A stretch of DNA of 64,000 nucleotides from Thermoanaerobaculia bacterium (GTDB lineage Bacteria; Acidobacteriota; Thermoanaerobaculia; Multivoradales; JAHEKO01). Position numbers and translations under genes: made by a program. The stretch covers positions 3,659 through 67,658 of the forward strand of contig CALZKB010000010.1 of assembly GCA_945787575.1 (NCBI GenBank). The letters are read 5' to 3'. This document shows positions 37,441 through 47,629 of the stretch, piece by piece. Positions within the stretch are counted from its first letter, which is position 1; the number at the start of each line of letters is the position of its first letter. The notes beneath the pieces were generated by a model. That model was not told where the DNA came from and did not search any database. It saw only the letters and a program-made list of their open reading frames with translations.

Positions 37441-39177
37441 ATGACAAGACAGACAGTCGCGGGGATGTGCGCCCTGCTGGCGATGATCGGTCTCGCGGCG
37501 GCCCAGGAGCCGGAGCCGTCGGAGCTCGCCGCGGAGCAGAGCGCGGAGCGGGACGGGACGTTCTTCGACACGGTCGACGTCAACCTGGTCAACGTCGAGG
37601 TGTTCGTCACCGACAAGCAGGGTAACCCGGTCACCGGTCTGACCAGGGACGACTTCGAGATCCTCGAAGACAAGCGGCCGGTTACGATCACCAACTTCTT
37701 CACGGTCGAGGGCGGACGGCCGATGGTCCCGGCGGAGCCCGAGGCCGTAGCCCAGCCGGCGCTCGAGGTCGACAGCGGCCTTCCCGAGGCGCTCACCCCG
37801 CTAGCGCTTCCCGCGGATCAGCGGCTCTACCTGATCGTCTACATCGATAACTTCAACATCCGCCCCTTCAACCGCAATCGTGTTTTCCGGAGATTGCGGG
37901 AGTTCCTCACCGACAAGCTCGGAAGCGATGATCGCGTGATGCTCGTCTCCTACGATCGATCGCTGCACTACCGGCATCCGTTCACGAGCGACCCGGAGCT
38001 CATAGCGCGAGCGCTGTTCGAGCTCGAGACGGTATCGGGTCATGCCGTTCACGCCGACTCGGATCGCCGAGACATCCTCCGCCAGATCGCCGAAGCCGAA
38101 GACATCAATGAAGTCGAGTTTCGGGTGAGGAACTACGCCGAGGCAATGTTCAACGACCTCAGCTTCAGCATCGGCGCGATGGAGGAGCTGATCGACTCGC
38201 TCGCCGGATTGCCGGGGCGCAAGGCGCTTCTCTACGTGAGCGACGGGCTGCCGGCAACCGCCGGCGACGACATGTTCCAGGCGCTGCAGCGGTCCTTCCA
38301 GGACTCGAGAGTGCTGACGAGCTCCCAGGAGTTCAGCGCCAATCGGATGTTCGAGGCGTTGGCGGCCAAGGCGAACGCCAATCGGGTCAGCTACTACACG
38401 GTGGATGCCGCCGGTCTGCGGGTCTCGGCCGGGGCGAGCGTCGAAATGGCCACCGCCGAAGAGGCGGGGCTCGCGAACTTCGTCGACTCGATCTACATCT
38501 CGAATCTCCAAGCCCCACTCCTGCGGCTCGCCGAGGCGACCGGCGGCCAGGCGATCATCAACTCGAACGACATCGGTAGGGGCCTCGACAAGATCGCTTC
38601 GGACTTCCAGACCTACTACTCACTCGGTTACTTGCCGGCCCACAGCGGTGACGGCCGTTACTACAAGGTCCAGGTTAGGCTCAAGGAGAAGCGCAAGGGA
38701 GTGCGGATCCGCCATCGAGAGGGCTACCGGGACAAGCCGATGTCGGCTCGGATGAGCGATGGAGCGATGGCCACGCTGGTCTACGGTTTCGAGGACAACC
38801 CCCTCGACGTCGAGCTCAAGATCGAGGGCGAGCGACCCGATGACGGCGACGCCGAGAACTACTACCTCGTCGACGTCCTCGTCGGGATCCCGATCAAGGA
38901 GATCGAACTGGTGCCGGTCGGAGAGTTCCACGTCGGCCAGACGAAGGTGTTCTTCGCCGCTCTCGATTCCAACGGCGGGACTTCCGATGTCTCCGAAGTG
39001 CCGGTCAACCTCCGCATCCCCAACGAGCAAGTCGGAACCGCCGTGGAGCAGATGTACCCTTACCGAGTGACCCTTCGGATGCGAACGGGGCCGCACCGCC
39101 TCGCGGTCGGCGTGGTCGACGAGATCGGCGCCAATCGGTCCTTCCTGAGCCACAGTTTCGTGGTCGGAGGCGGATGA
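37441..39177 (+). CDS. VWA domain-containing secreted protein (TIGR03436-like), paralogue of the preceding gene
   Basis: Signal peptide and module TVDVNLVNVEVFVTDKQGNPVTGLTRDDFEILEDKRPVTITNFFT. The VWA-like core is YLIVYIDNFNI...VMLVSYDR, and the overall architecture matches 35664..37301. Confidence 0.75.
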   Translation: MTRQTVAGMCALLAMIGLAAAQEPEPSELAAEQSAERDGTFFDTVDVNLVNVEVFVTDKQGNPVTGLTRDDFEILEDKRPVTITNFFTVEGGRPMVPAEPEAVAQPALEVDSGLPEALTPLALPADQRLYLIVYIDNFNIRPFNRNRVFRRLREFLTDKLGSDDRVMLVSYDRSLHYRHPFTSDPELIARALFELETVSGHAVHADSDRRDILRQIAEAEDINEVEFRVRNYAEAMFNDLSFSIGAMEELIDSLAGLPGRKALLYVSDGLPATAGDDMFQALQRSFQDSRVLTSSQEFSANRMFEALAAKANANRVSYYTVDAAGLRVSAGASVEMATAEEAGLANFVDSIYISNLQAPLLRLAEATGGQAIINSNDIGRGLDKIASDFQTYYSLGYLPAHSGDGRYYKVQVRLKEKRKGVRIRHREGYRDKPMSARMSDGAMATLVYGFEDNPLDVELKIEGERPDDGDAENYYLVDVLVGIPIKEIELVPVGEFHVGQTKVFFAALDSNGGTSDVSEVPVNLRIPNEQVGTAVEQMYPYRVTLRMRTGPHRLAVGVVDEIGANRSFLSHSFVVGGG

Positions 39178-39611
39178 TGGGGCTCTTCAGCGCCTGGGCC
39201 GATCGCGCCCGCACGGTCGGCAGCGCGCTGCTCGAAGTCTGGCGAGCGGAGCTGTGGTCGCTGCGCGACGATCTAGCTCTATCGGGCCGAAGGCTGCGCG
39301 GAGGACTTATTCTCATCGGCCTCGCCGCGGGCCTCGTCTTCTGGTGCCTCGGGCTCGCGGTCTGGGTTGGCGTAGAGCTGCTCGCCCTGCGTCTCGAACG
39401 CTGGCAAGCTGGGCTCGTCGTTCTGGGCGTCGGGTCGCTCGTCACCGCGATCCTGGCGTTCGTGGCCATTCACCGCCTGCGACGCATCGAAAATCCGATG
39501 GAGGCCGTAAAGCGCCACGGACGGGATCATGCGGAGTGGCTTCAGCAGAGCGTCGTGCCGGGACTGCTGGCGGAGAAGTCGGATCCGAACGAGCCGCCGG
39601 AAGATGCCTGA
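39174..39611 (+). CDS. two-TM membrane protein of the 'phage holin family 3_6' / YqjE-like type
   Basis: 145 aa with an amphipathic N-terminus (LLEVWRAELWSLRDDL) and two long hydrophobic helices separated by a short loop. ATGA overlap with the preceding VWA gene. Confidence 0.6.
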   Translation: MMGLFSAWADRARTVGSALLEVWRAELWSLRDDLALSGRRLRGGLILIGLAAGLVFWCLGLAVWVGVELLALRLERWQAGLVVLGVGSLVTAILAFVAIHRLRRIENPMEAVKRHGRDHAEWLQQSVVPGLLAEKSDPNEPPEDA

Positions 39612-39771
39612 GGATAGTCTGGCGAACGCGCGCCGGGTCGCCGACGAACAGCTCCGCGAGCTTCGGCGAGAGGTGGATGCCGAGTTCGGAGTTCGGTTGG
39701 AGCATCCGGGCTGGCTCGCCCTCGTGCTGGCGTTCTGCCTGGGTCTCGCCGTCGGGATGCGCAGAGGCTAG
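39604..39771 (+). CDS. small tail-anchored membrane protein (ElaB/YqjD, DUF883-like C-terminus)
   Basis: 55 aa with a charged helical N-part and a C-terminal EHPGWLALVLAFCLGLAVGMRRG anchor. The ATG overlaps the preceding gene by 8 nt. Confidence 0.4.
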   Translation: MPEDSLANARRVADEQLRELRREVDAEFGVRLEHPGWLALVLAFCLGLAVGMRRG

Positions 39772-39815
39772 CCCTGCCGCAGCGACGCGGGCGGCGAGAT
39801 CTCCGGCGGCCGCTG

Positions 39816-40010
39816 CTATTCCTGGGCGGGGCGCTTGAAAACCATGGCGATGTTGTCGGTCGCGCCACTCTTGAAGTTCACCGAAGTGATCGAGACCAAC
39901 TCCCAGCCTTCCTGCCCCAGTCGGTTCATCTGCTCCGCGGCGTTCGGATCCAACCGGTAGTTCTCACTGCGGATGTTGATGATCTTGTACTGCCAGGCAT
40001 TCATCAGCAC
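39816..40010 (-). CDS. DUF4177 domain-containing protein
   Basis: 64 aa; WQYKII...MNRLGQEGWELVSI...MVFKRP matches the DUF4177 pattern. Confidence 0.65.
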   Translation of the reverse strand: MLMNAWQYKIINIRSENYRLDPNAAEQMNRLGQEGWELVSITSVNFKSGATDNIAMVFKRPAQE

Positions 40011-40124
40011 ACCCCCTTCTCGGGTTGCCCCCGCCGATCGACAGAAGCGCGGTGAACTCCCTCGCCAGTGTAGCAGCCCGAGGCTCGAATCCCGTGAAGC
40101 ACCCTACGTTGGCGCAACGCGCGG

Positions 40125-40130
40125 TACTAT
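40125..40130 (+). promoter_or_regulatory. candidate -10 box (TACTAT) directly upstream of the DUF2064 gene
   Basis: TACTAT lies 6 nt upstream of GTG 40137 with no Shine-Dalgarno sequence between them. The geometry matches the cinA promoter. Confidence 0.3.
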
Positions 40131-40136
40131 CACCTC

Positions 40137-40805
40137 GTGAAGCGAATTGGCTGCGTGCTCGTCTTCACCAAGCCGGCCGCGCCCGGAAAGGTCAAGACGC
40201 GGCTCATCGGCGAACTGACGGCGGAGCAGGCGGCCGAGCTGCATCAAGCCTTCCTCGATGACGTGACCGACCGCCTGGACTCGACCGGGCACGCGCTCTG
40301 GCTCGCCTGGGCGCTCGAAGAGGGTGAGCGACCGCCGGCGACGCGGTGGCGATCCGTCCGGCAAGACGGGGCCAACCTCGGCGAGCGCCTCTATCGCGCG
40401 CTGGCCAGCGCCGCTTCCGAATACGAGCGGGTCGCGGCCGTGGGTAGCGACCACCCCGAGATGCCAGGGGAGCGTATCGACGAGGCGTTCGCACTGCTCG
40501 ACGCGGGAGCCGACGTGGTGCTGGGACCCACCTCAGACGGCGGCTACTACCTCGTGGCAGTGCGCGCCGACTCACTCGAGGCGGGCCTTTTCGAGGCGAT
40601 TCCCTGGAGCACCGAAGCGGTCCTCGCCACCACCCTCGAGCGCGCGGCCCGACTCGGGCTTACCGTCGAGATGCTTCCTCTCGGGCACGACGTCGACACC
40701 GCCCCGGACCTCGCGCGCCTGACGGCTCACCTCGAGATCCATCCCGACACCTGCCCGCGGACGCGCGAGACGCTCGAATCGTGGGAGCGAGCGGGCGCCC
40801 GATGA
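40137..40805 (+). CDS. DUF2064 / TIGR04282 family glycosyltransferase-like protein
   Basis: VLVFTKPAAPGKVKTRL start and GSDHPEMP are typical of this family. Confidence 0.7.
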   Translation: MKRIGCVLVFTKPAAPGKVKTRLIGELTAEQAAELHQAFLDDVTDRLDSTGHALWLAWALEEGERPPATRWRSVRQDGANLGERLYRALASAASEYERVAAVGSDHPEMPGERIDEAFALLDAGADVVLGPTSDGGYYLVAVRADSLEAGLFEAIPWSTEAVLATTLERAARLGLTVEMLPLGHDVDTAPDLARLTAHLEIHPDTCPRTRETLESWERAGAR

Positions 40806-42337
40806 GGGTGCTCACTGTCGAAGGGAGCCGAGAGGTCGACCGGCTCGCGAGCGAGGAGTACGGGATACCGAGTCTCATTCTGATGGAGAACGCCGCGATC
40901 GGCGTGGCCGACGCGATCTGCGAGATTTTCCCGGAGGTCGAGCGGGTGACGATCTTCTGCGGGCCGGGTAACAACGGTGGCGACGGTCTGGCCGTCGGCC
41001 GCCACCTCGACCGACGAGGATATGCCGTCTCGCTCGTCCTCGTCGGAGAGCGGCCGCTCGAGGGTGACGCGGCGGTACAGGAGCGCATCTGCAGGCTCCA
41101 AGGGCTGCCGCTTGCGCGATGGAGACACGAGAAAGACCTGACGCTCGCGACGTTGGATTGGGACCTGGCCGTCGACGCGCTCTTCGGGAGCGGGCTGTCG
41201 CGAGCGCTGTCGGGGATCTATCGCGACGTCGTCGAGCTGCTCAACGGGAGCCCCGCCCCTCGGGTAGCGATCGATCTGCCGAGCGGCCTCTCGGGAGACT
41301 CCGCGCAGCTCCTCGGACCGCACGTCTTGGCGGACCTGACCGTCACCTTCGAGGCTCTGAAGCCCGCTCACGTGCTGCCTCCGGCGTGCGACGCGGCGGG
41401 AGAGCTCGTGGTGACCGACCTGGGAGTGTCGGCCACCCTCGCCGAGCGCGCGGAGTCCGACATGACATTCACGACCTTGGATCTTGCCGGCTCCTGGCTT
41501 CCGGAGCGCGCCCGCGACGCCCACAAGGGCACCTTCGGCCACGTTCTCGTCGCCGCCGGATCGCCTGGCTTCGCGGGGGCGGCGGTCCTCGCCGCTCGCG
41601 GCGCGATTCTTGGGGGGGCGGGCCTAGTGACCTGCGCCGTGCCCGAGAGTCTCCTCTCGACGGTCGATGCGGCTTCGCTCGAATCGATGACTCTCGGGCT
41701 CCCGGCGGGCGAGCACGGCGGGTTCAACGCCGACTCCGTCGAGCCGCTGCTCGCCGCGGCGGCCGAGCGCTCGGTCCTCGCGCTCGGCCCCGGGATCGGG
41801 TCTCATGCCCAGACCCGCGAGGCCGCGCGGCGAATGGTGCTGGAGGCGACGGTACCGGTGGTGCTCGACGCCAGCGGTCTCGACGCCTTCGCCGGCGACC
41901 TGGGAGCGCTGCGGGGGCGCCGAGCGCCGACGGTACTGACTCCCCATCCGGGCGAGCTGGCGAGGCTCTCCGACCGCGACCCTCGAGCGGTGACCGACGA
42001 TCGGCCAAGCGCCGTGCGCGAGGCAGCGCGATCGAGCGGCGCCGTCGTCGTGCTCAAGGGTCGCCGTTCGTTGACCGCCGCTCCCGACGGTCACCTGTTC
42101 GTCAACTCGACGGGAAACCCGGGCATGGGCACCGGCGGCACGGGCGACGTGCTGACCGGTGCGATCGCGGCGTTCCTCGCGCTCGGCCTAGAGCCGGTCA
42201 TCGGTGCCGCGCTCGGGGTCTTCGTCCACGGTCTGGCGGGCGACATGGCCGCGGAAGAGGGCGGAGAGGCGTCACTGACCGCCTCCGACCTGCTCGGCAT
42301 GTTGCCGGCGGCGATGCACGAGGTCGAGAGCGCGTGA
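40802..42337 (+). CDS. nnr: bifunctional NAD(P)H-hydrate repair enzyme Nnr (epimerase + ADP-dependent dehydratase)
   Basis: YjeF_N domain (CGPGNNGGDGL) plus a carbohydrate-kinase-like domain (HKGTFGHVLV, GTGDVLTG). ATGA overlap with the upstream gene. Confidence 0.9.
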   Translation: MRVLTVEGSREVDRLASEEYGIPSLILMENAAIGVADAICEIFPEVERVTIFCGPGNNGGDGLAVGRHLDRRGYAVSLVLVGERPLEGDAAVQERICRLQGLPLARWRHEKDLTLATLDWDLAVDALFGSGLSRALSGIYRDVVELLNGSPAPRVAIDLPSGLSGDSAQLLGPHVLADLTVTFEALKPAHVLPPACDAAGELVVTDLGVSATLAERAESDMTFTTLDLAGSWLPERARDAHKGTFGHVLVAAGSPGFAGAAVLAARGAILGGAGLVTCAVPESLLSTVDAASLESMTLGLPAGEHGGFNADSVEPLLAAAAERSVLALGPGIGSHAQTREAARRMVLEATVPVVLDASGLDAFAGDLGALRGRRAPTVLTPHPGELARLSDRDPRAVTDDRPSAVREAARSSGAVVVLKGRRSLTAAPDGHLFVNSTGNPGMGTGGTGDVLTGAIAAFLALGLEPVIGAALGVFVHGLAGDMAAEEGGEASLTASDLLGMLPAAMHEVESA

Positions 42338-42747
42338 CCCGGTGGACGACCTCCGGCGAGGCCGCCACCGAGGAGTTCGGCCGGAGGGTGGGGCGCGAGC
42401 TGTTGCCGGATGGCGTCCTGCTCCTTTCGGGGGAGCTGGGCGCGGGCAAGACGGTGCTCGTCAAGGGGGTCGCAGCCGCGCTGGGCATCGCGCGCGATGA
42501 GGTACAATCGCCGACGTTCACCCTGATGCGCTCGCACCAGGGTCCCGGAGGTACTCTACTTCACGTCGATCTCTATCGACTCGGACCGGAAGATGTTCCC
42601 GAGCTGGGACTGGAAGAGGCACTCTACGGGCCGGGAGTCAAAGTGGTCGAATGGGCCGAGCGGTTGCCGTTCGAGGTCGCAGGCGCACGCAAACTGATCG
42701 TGCGGCGCACCGGCGACACGACCCGAGAGATCGAAGAGCAAGCATGA
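42334..42747 (+). CDS. tsaE: tRNA t6A37 biosynthesis ATPase TsaE
   Basis: LSGELGAGKT P-loop, SPTFTL, and HVDLYRL. GTGA overlap with nnr. Confidence 0.88.
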   Translation: MTRWTTSGEAATEEFGRRVGRELLPDGVLLLSGELGAGKTVLVKGVAAALGIARDEVQSPTFTLMRSHQGPGGTLLHVDLYRLGPEDVPELGLEEALYGPGVKVVEWAERLPFEVAGARKLIVRRTGDTTREIEEQA

Positions 42748-42768
42748 CCACAGGAGACTAGGAGCACG

Positions 42769-43626
42769 ATGAGCATCAAGAAGGTCGGTGTGCTGGGATG
42801 CGGGTTGATGGGTTCGGGAATCGTCGAGGTGGCGGCACGCTCCGGGCGCGACACGGTGGTGCGCGAGATGAACGAGGAGCTGTTGGAAGGGGGGCTGGGA
42901 CGGATCGGCAAGTCGCTCGGCCGCGCGGTCGATAAGGGCCGCCTCAGCGAGGAGGAGCGAGAGGCGACGCTGGCCAAGATCCAAGGGACGACCGAGCTCG
43001 AGGACCTGGCGGATTGCGATCTCGTCGTCGAGGCGATCGTCGAGAATCTCGAGGAGAAGTGCCGGATGTTCGCGGAGCTCGACATGCTCGCCAAGCCGGA
43101 CGCGATCTTCGCCAGCAACACCTCCTCACTGACGATCACTCAGATCGCGATGGCGACCGAGCGCCCGGAGCGGTTCGTGGGGCTGCACTATTTCAACCCG
43201 GTTCCGGTGATGAAGCTTGTGGAGGTGGTCCGCACCCTCGCGACCGACGAGCAGGTGCTCGACGTCGTCAACCAATACGTGCGCGACTGCGGCAAGGAGC
43301 CGGTCGCCTGTCGCGACAATTCCGGCTTCATCGTCAACCGCCTGCTCGTCCCTTACCTGCTCGACGCCATCCGCGCCTACGAGGAAGGGGTCGGCAGCGT
43401 CGAGGACATCGACAAGGCGATGCAGCTCGGCTGCGGCCACCCGATGGGACCTTTGACTCTGCTCGACTTCGTCGGTCTCGACACCACCTACTACATCGCC
43501 AACATCATGTTCGAGGAGTACCGTGAAAAGCGCTTCGCGCCACCGCCGCTCCTCAAGCAGATGGTGCTCGCCGGACGCTACGGCCGCAAGAGCGGCCGCG
43601 GCTTCTACGACTACGCCGGGAAGTGA
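42769..43626 (+). CDS. hbd: 3-hydroxybutyryl-CoA dehydrogenase
   Basis: GVLGCGLMGSGI NAD-binding motif, ASNTSSL, HYFNPVPVMKLVE, and GRKSGRGFYDY. An AGGAG Shine-Dalgarno sequence lies upstream. Confidence 0.85.
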   Translation: MSIKKVGVLGCGLMGSGIVEVAARSGRDTVVREMNEELLEGGLGRIGKSLGRAVDKGRLSEEEREATLAKIQGTTELEDLADCDLVVEAIVENLEEKCRMFAELDMLAKPDAIFASNTSSLTITQIAMATERPERFVGLHYFNPVPVMKLVEVVRTLATDEQVLDVVNQYVRDCGKEPVACRDNSGFIVNRLLVPYLLDAIRAYEEGVGSVEDIDKAMQLGCGHPMGPLTLLDFVGLDTTYYIANIMFEEYREKRFAPPPLLKQMVLAGRYGRKSGRGFYDYAGK

Positions 43627-43644
43627 GCGGGTGCTACCGTCGGC

Positions 43645-44728
<1,084 letters not shown>

Positions 44729-44742
<14 letters not shown>

Positions 44743-45163
44743 CGAGATCGTGCTCCAGGACGCTGCCGGATACGGCGCCCGGGAGAGCGCTCGCCTCGAG
44801 CGCTGGCTGGGCGAGCTGGTGCCGGTGTTGGCGGCGGACGCCGCCAGCTTCTCGGCACGGCTCGCCGCCGAGGAGGAGGTCCGATCGTGGAACGCGAGGC
44901 TGCGTGGGGTCGATGCGGCGACCGACGTGCTCTCGTTCCCCGGCGAGGCGACTCCGGAGGGTCTCCACCTCGGCGACGTGCTCATCTCCCTGCCCACGGC
45001 CAGATCTCAGGCCGAGACGCAGGGTCACAGCCTCGAGCGCGAACTGAAAGAGCTCCTGCTTCACGGGATACTCCATTGCCTCGACTTCGACCACGAGACG
45101 GACGAAGGAGAGATGGAGGCCCTCGAGCTCGAGCTGCGGTCGCGGTGGATCGAGAATGACTGA
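44729..45163 (+). CDS. ybeY: rRNA maturation endoribonuclease YbeY
   Basis: TDVLSFP and the zinc motif HGILHCLDFDHE. The GTG start overlaps the phoH end. Confidence 0.9.
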
Positions 45164-46061
45164 CCCGCCGCCTCAGCGGACCGGAGCGATCGCTCTCGTC
45201 GGCCGGCCGAACGCCGGCAAGTCGACCCTCATGAACCGCTGGCTCGGTCAGAAGCTGGCGATCGTCTCCGACAAGCCACAGACCACCCGACATCGGCTGA
45301 TCGGGTTGCTGACCGACGATTCCGGCCAGGCGATCTTCCTCGATACCCCCGGTATCCACCGCCCGTTGCACCACCTCAATCGCCAGATGGTCTGGCACGC
45401 GTTGGATGCCATGAAGGAGGCGGACGTCGTCTGCCTGCTGGTCGACGCGGCGGCTCGCTTCGGCAAGGGCGACGCCTACATGCTCGATCTCGTCTTCAAG
45501 CTCGAGGCTGCCAAGATCCTCGCGCTCAACAAGATCGATCGAGTCCGCAAGCCGGGCCTGCTACCGCTCATGCAGCGTTATTCCACGGCGGAGATCTTCG
45601 ACGAGATCGTGCCGATCAGCGCCCTCTCGGGGGATGGCTGCGACGCCTTGCTCGAGCTCTTGCGCCAACGCCTTCCCGAAGGGCCTCCGATCTACGACCC
45701 CGAGCTGCTGACCACGCAGCCGGAGCGTTACTACGTCGCCGAGAGGATCCGGGAGCAGGTCCTGCAGCAGACGAGGGACGAGCTCCCGTTCGCGACGGCG
45801 GTAGTGATCGACAGCTGGGAGGAGGGCGCCGCAGAGCGGCTCGTCCTCTACGCCTCGATCTTGGTGGAGCGGCCGGGGCAGAAGAAGATTCTCATCGGTC
45901 GAGGCGGCCAGCAGATCAAGGAAATCGGGACTCGCGCGCGGCTCGACCTCGAGGAGTTCCTCGGCCGGCCGGTGTACCTCGACCTCCGGGTGCGCCTCGA
46001 GCCGGGCTGGCGCGAGAACCGCCATCTTCTCGCCCGACTGGAGAGCGGTCTGCGAGAGTAG
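45156..46061 (+). CDS. era: GTPase Era
   Basis: GRPNAGKSTL, DTPG, NKID, and a C-terminal KH domain (GQKKILIGRGGQQIKEIG). Confidence 0.93.
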   Translation: MTDPPPQRTGAIALVGRPNAGKSTLMNRWLGQKLAIVSDKPQTTRHRLIGLLTDDSGQAIFLDTPGIHRPLHHLNRQMVWHALDAMKEADVVCLLVDAAARFGKGDAYMLDLVFKLEAAKILALNKIDRVRKPGLLPLMQRYSTAEIFDEIVPISALSGDGCDALLELLRQRLPEGPPIYDPELLTTQPERYYVAERIREQVLQQTRDELPFATAVVIDSWEEGAAERLVLYASILVERPGQKKILIGRGGQQIKEIGTRARLDLEEFLGRPVYLDLRVRLEPGWRENRHLLARLESGLRE

Positions 46062-46200
46062 CGCTCGCCGTCCGCTCGCGGCGTGGTGACTGATCAATCG
46101 CGCCAGGCGCGACCGAACCCGTTACAATGGGCGACCGCGCGACCAAGGTGGGGCGGGCCGTAGGCAGCTCCCGACGAACGGATTTGCGAGATGGACGGCG

Positions 46201-47607
46201 ATGGCCAAGATACGACCGAGAGAGGTGCTCGCCGTCAACCGGCGCACCGCCCTGATCAGCGACACCCTGCGGCGCCTCGCCCGCCGCGGCGCGCGGTCGC
46301 GGATCGCCAACGTTCTCGGTAAGACGCGGCCGGAGGACGTCGCCGACGTTCTCTCGACCCTGACTCCGGCCCATCAGACCGCCATCTTCGAGATTCTGTC
46401 GAGCGACTTTCCCGATGGGGCCGGCGAGGTCCTCGTCGAGGTCGAGCCGGCGATGCGCCTCTCGCTGCTCGACGCTCTGGAACCGGCGCAGATCGCCGAG
46501 ATCCTGGCCCGACAGGCGGTCGACGACCGTGTCGCGGTGATCGAGTCCCTCACCGAGGATCGCCGCGAGGAGGTGCTCGAGCTCGTCAATCTGACGGCAC
46601 GGGCCGAGGTCCAGACCCACCTGCTCTACGGCGACGACACCGCCGGGCGGATCATGGACACCCAGTTCTACGCCCTGGAGGAGGAGAAGACGATCAGGGA
46701 GGCGATCGAGGCGCTCCAGGAGTCTCGGGACCTCGAGAACATCTTCTACCTCTACGTCGTCGATGCCGAGGGCCACCTGAGAGGAGTCACCTCACTGCGC
46801 CAACTTCTCCTCACGCGCCCCGATCTCCCGCTCTCGGAGGTGATGACGGCGTCCGTGATCAAGGTGCACGTAGAGACCGACCAGGAAGAGGTCGCCGACC
46901 TCGCGACCCGTTACAACCTGCTGGCCGTTCCGGTGGTCGACGACGACAACCGGCTCGTCGGTATCGTCACCGTCGACGACATCATCGACGTCGTCCAGGA
47001 CGAAGCGACCGAGGACTTCTTCAAGATGGTCGGCACCACCGAGGACGAGCTCGTGTACCAGGACCGCTCGTTCAAGGTGGCGGGAATCCGCCTGCCCTGG
47101 CTGCTCGTCAACCTCGTCGGCCTGGTCGCCGCCGGCTGGCTATTGAGCGGTTTCGCAGCCAGCCTCGGAAAGGGAGTCTACGTAACCCTCTACGCCTTCG
47201 TGCCGGCGATCATGGGCATGGGCGGGAACATCGGTAGTCAGACCTCGACGATCGCGGTTCGCGGGCTGGCCACCGGCCGCGTGTCGCTCGCCCGTGGGCA
47301 GACCCGCAAGTTCCTCTGGCAGCAGTTCAAGGTGGGTGTGATCCTGGGACTCTCCTGTGCCGCGATCGTCGGCAGCGTCGCGCTGATCTGGAAGACGAGC
47401 CCCTTCCACGGGGTTGTCGTCGGCGTCTCGATGTGCATCGCGATCCTCCTCGCCTCGCTCACCGGAGCCCTGATCCCGATCGTCTTCGAGCGGCTGGGCA
47501 TCGATCCGGCAGTGGCTGCCGGCCCGCTCGTCACGACCTCGAACGACATCACCGGTATCCTCATCTACTTCGGCCTCGCGCGACTTCTCATGCGCTTCCT
47601 CACCTGA
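46201..47607 (+). CDS. mgtE: magnesium transporter MgtE
   Basis: MgtE N-domain, tandem CBS domains, and a C-terminal 5-TM domain (GMGGNIGSQ, PLVTTSNDITGILIYF). Confidence 0.9.
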   Translation: MAKIRPREVLAVNRRTALISDTLRRLARRGARSRIANVLGKTRPEDVADVLSTLTPAHQTAIFEILSSDFPDGAGEVLVEVEPAMRLSLLDALEPAQIAEILARQAVDDRVAVIESLTEDRREEVLELVNLTARAEVQTHLLYGDDTAGRIMDTQFYALEEEKTIREAIEALQESRDLENIFYLYVVDAEGHLRGVTSLRQLLLTRPDLPLSEVMTASVIKVHVETDQEEVADLATRYNLLAVPVVDDDNRLVGIVTVDDIIDVVQDEATEDFFKMVGTTEDELVYQDRSFKVAGIRLPWLLVNLVGLVAAGWLLSGFAASLGKGVYVTLYAFVPAIMGMGGNIGSQTSTIAVRGLATGRVSLARGQTRKFLWQQFKVGVILGLSCAAIVGSVALIWKTSPFHGVVVGVSMCIAILLASLTGALIPIVFERLGIDPAVAAGPLVTTSNDITGILIYFGLARLLMRFLT

Positions 47608-47629
47608 CTCCAGCGGCGAGGACCGACCC

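Noticed and set aside
36741-37796. 351-codon minus-strand ORF bridging the spacer between the two VWA genes, considered as a possible hidden antisense gene.
   Set aside because: It is antisense to both VWA genes for most of its length, has a Ser/Arg/Pro-rich translation, and lacks any start-site signal (Shine-Dalgarno sequence or -10 box). Third-position GC bias supports the plus-strand genes.
39174-39611. A 'holin family' protein as evidence for a prophage lysis cassette.
   Set aside because: No endolysin, spanin, integrase, terminase or structural genes are nearby. This family (YqjE-like) is widespread in non-phage chromosomal contexts, and here it is translationally coupled to a VWA protein gene.
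39816-40010. The lone minus-strand DUF4177 gene with visibly lower GC than its neighbours, considered as a horizontally acquired islet.
   Set aside because: It is only 195 nt, which is too short for a meaningful compositional test. There are no flanking repeats, tRNA or mobility genes.
46062-46200. The 139-nt leader upstream of mgtE as a possible Mg2+ (M-box/ykoK) riboswitch.
   Set aside because: I could not recognise any of the conserved M-box sequence blocks or a convincing multi-helix fold by eye. Only a TACAAT hexamer stands out. A covariance-model search (Rfam RF00380) would be needed, so I make no claim.
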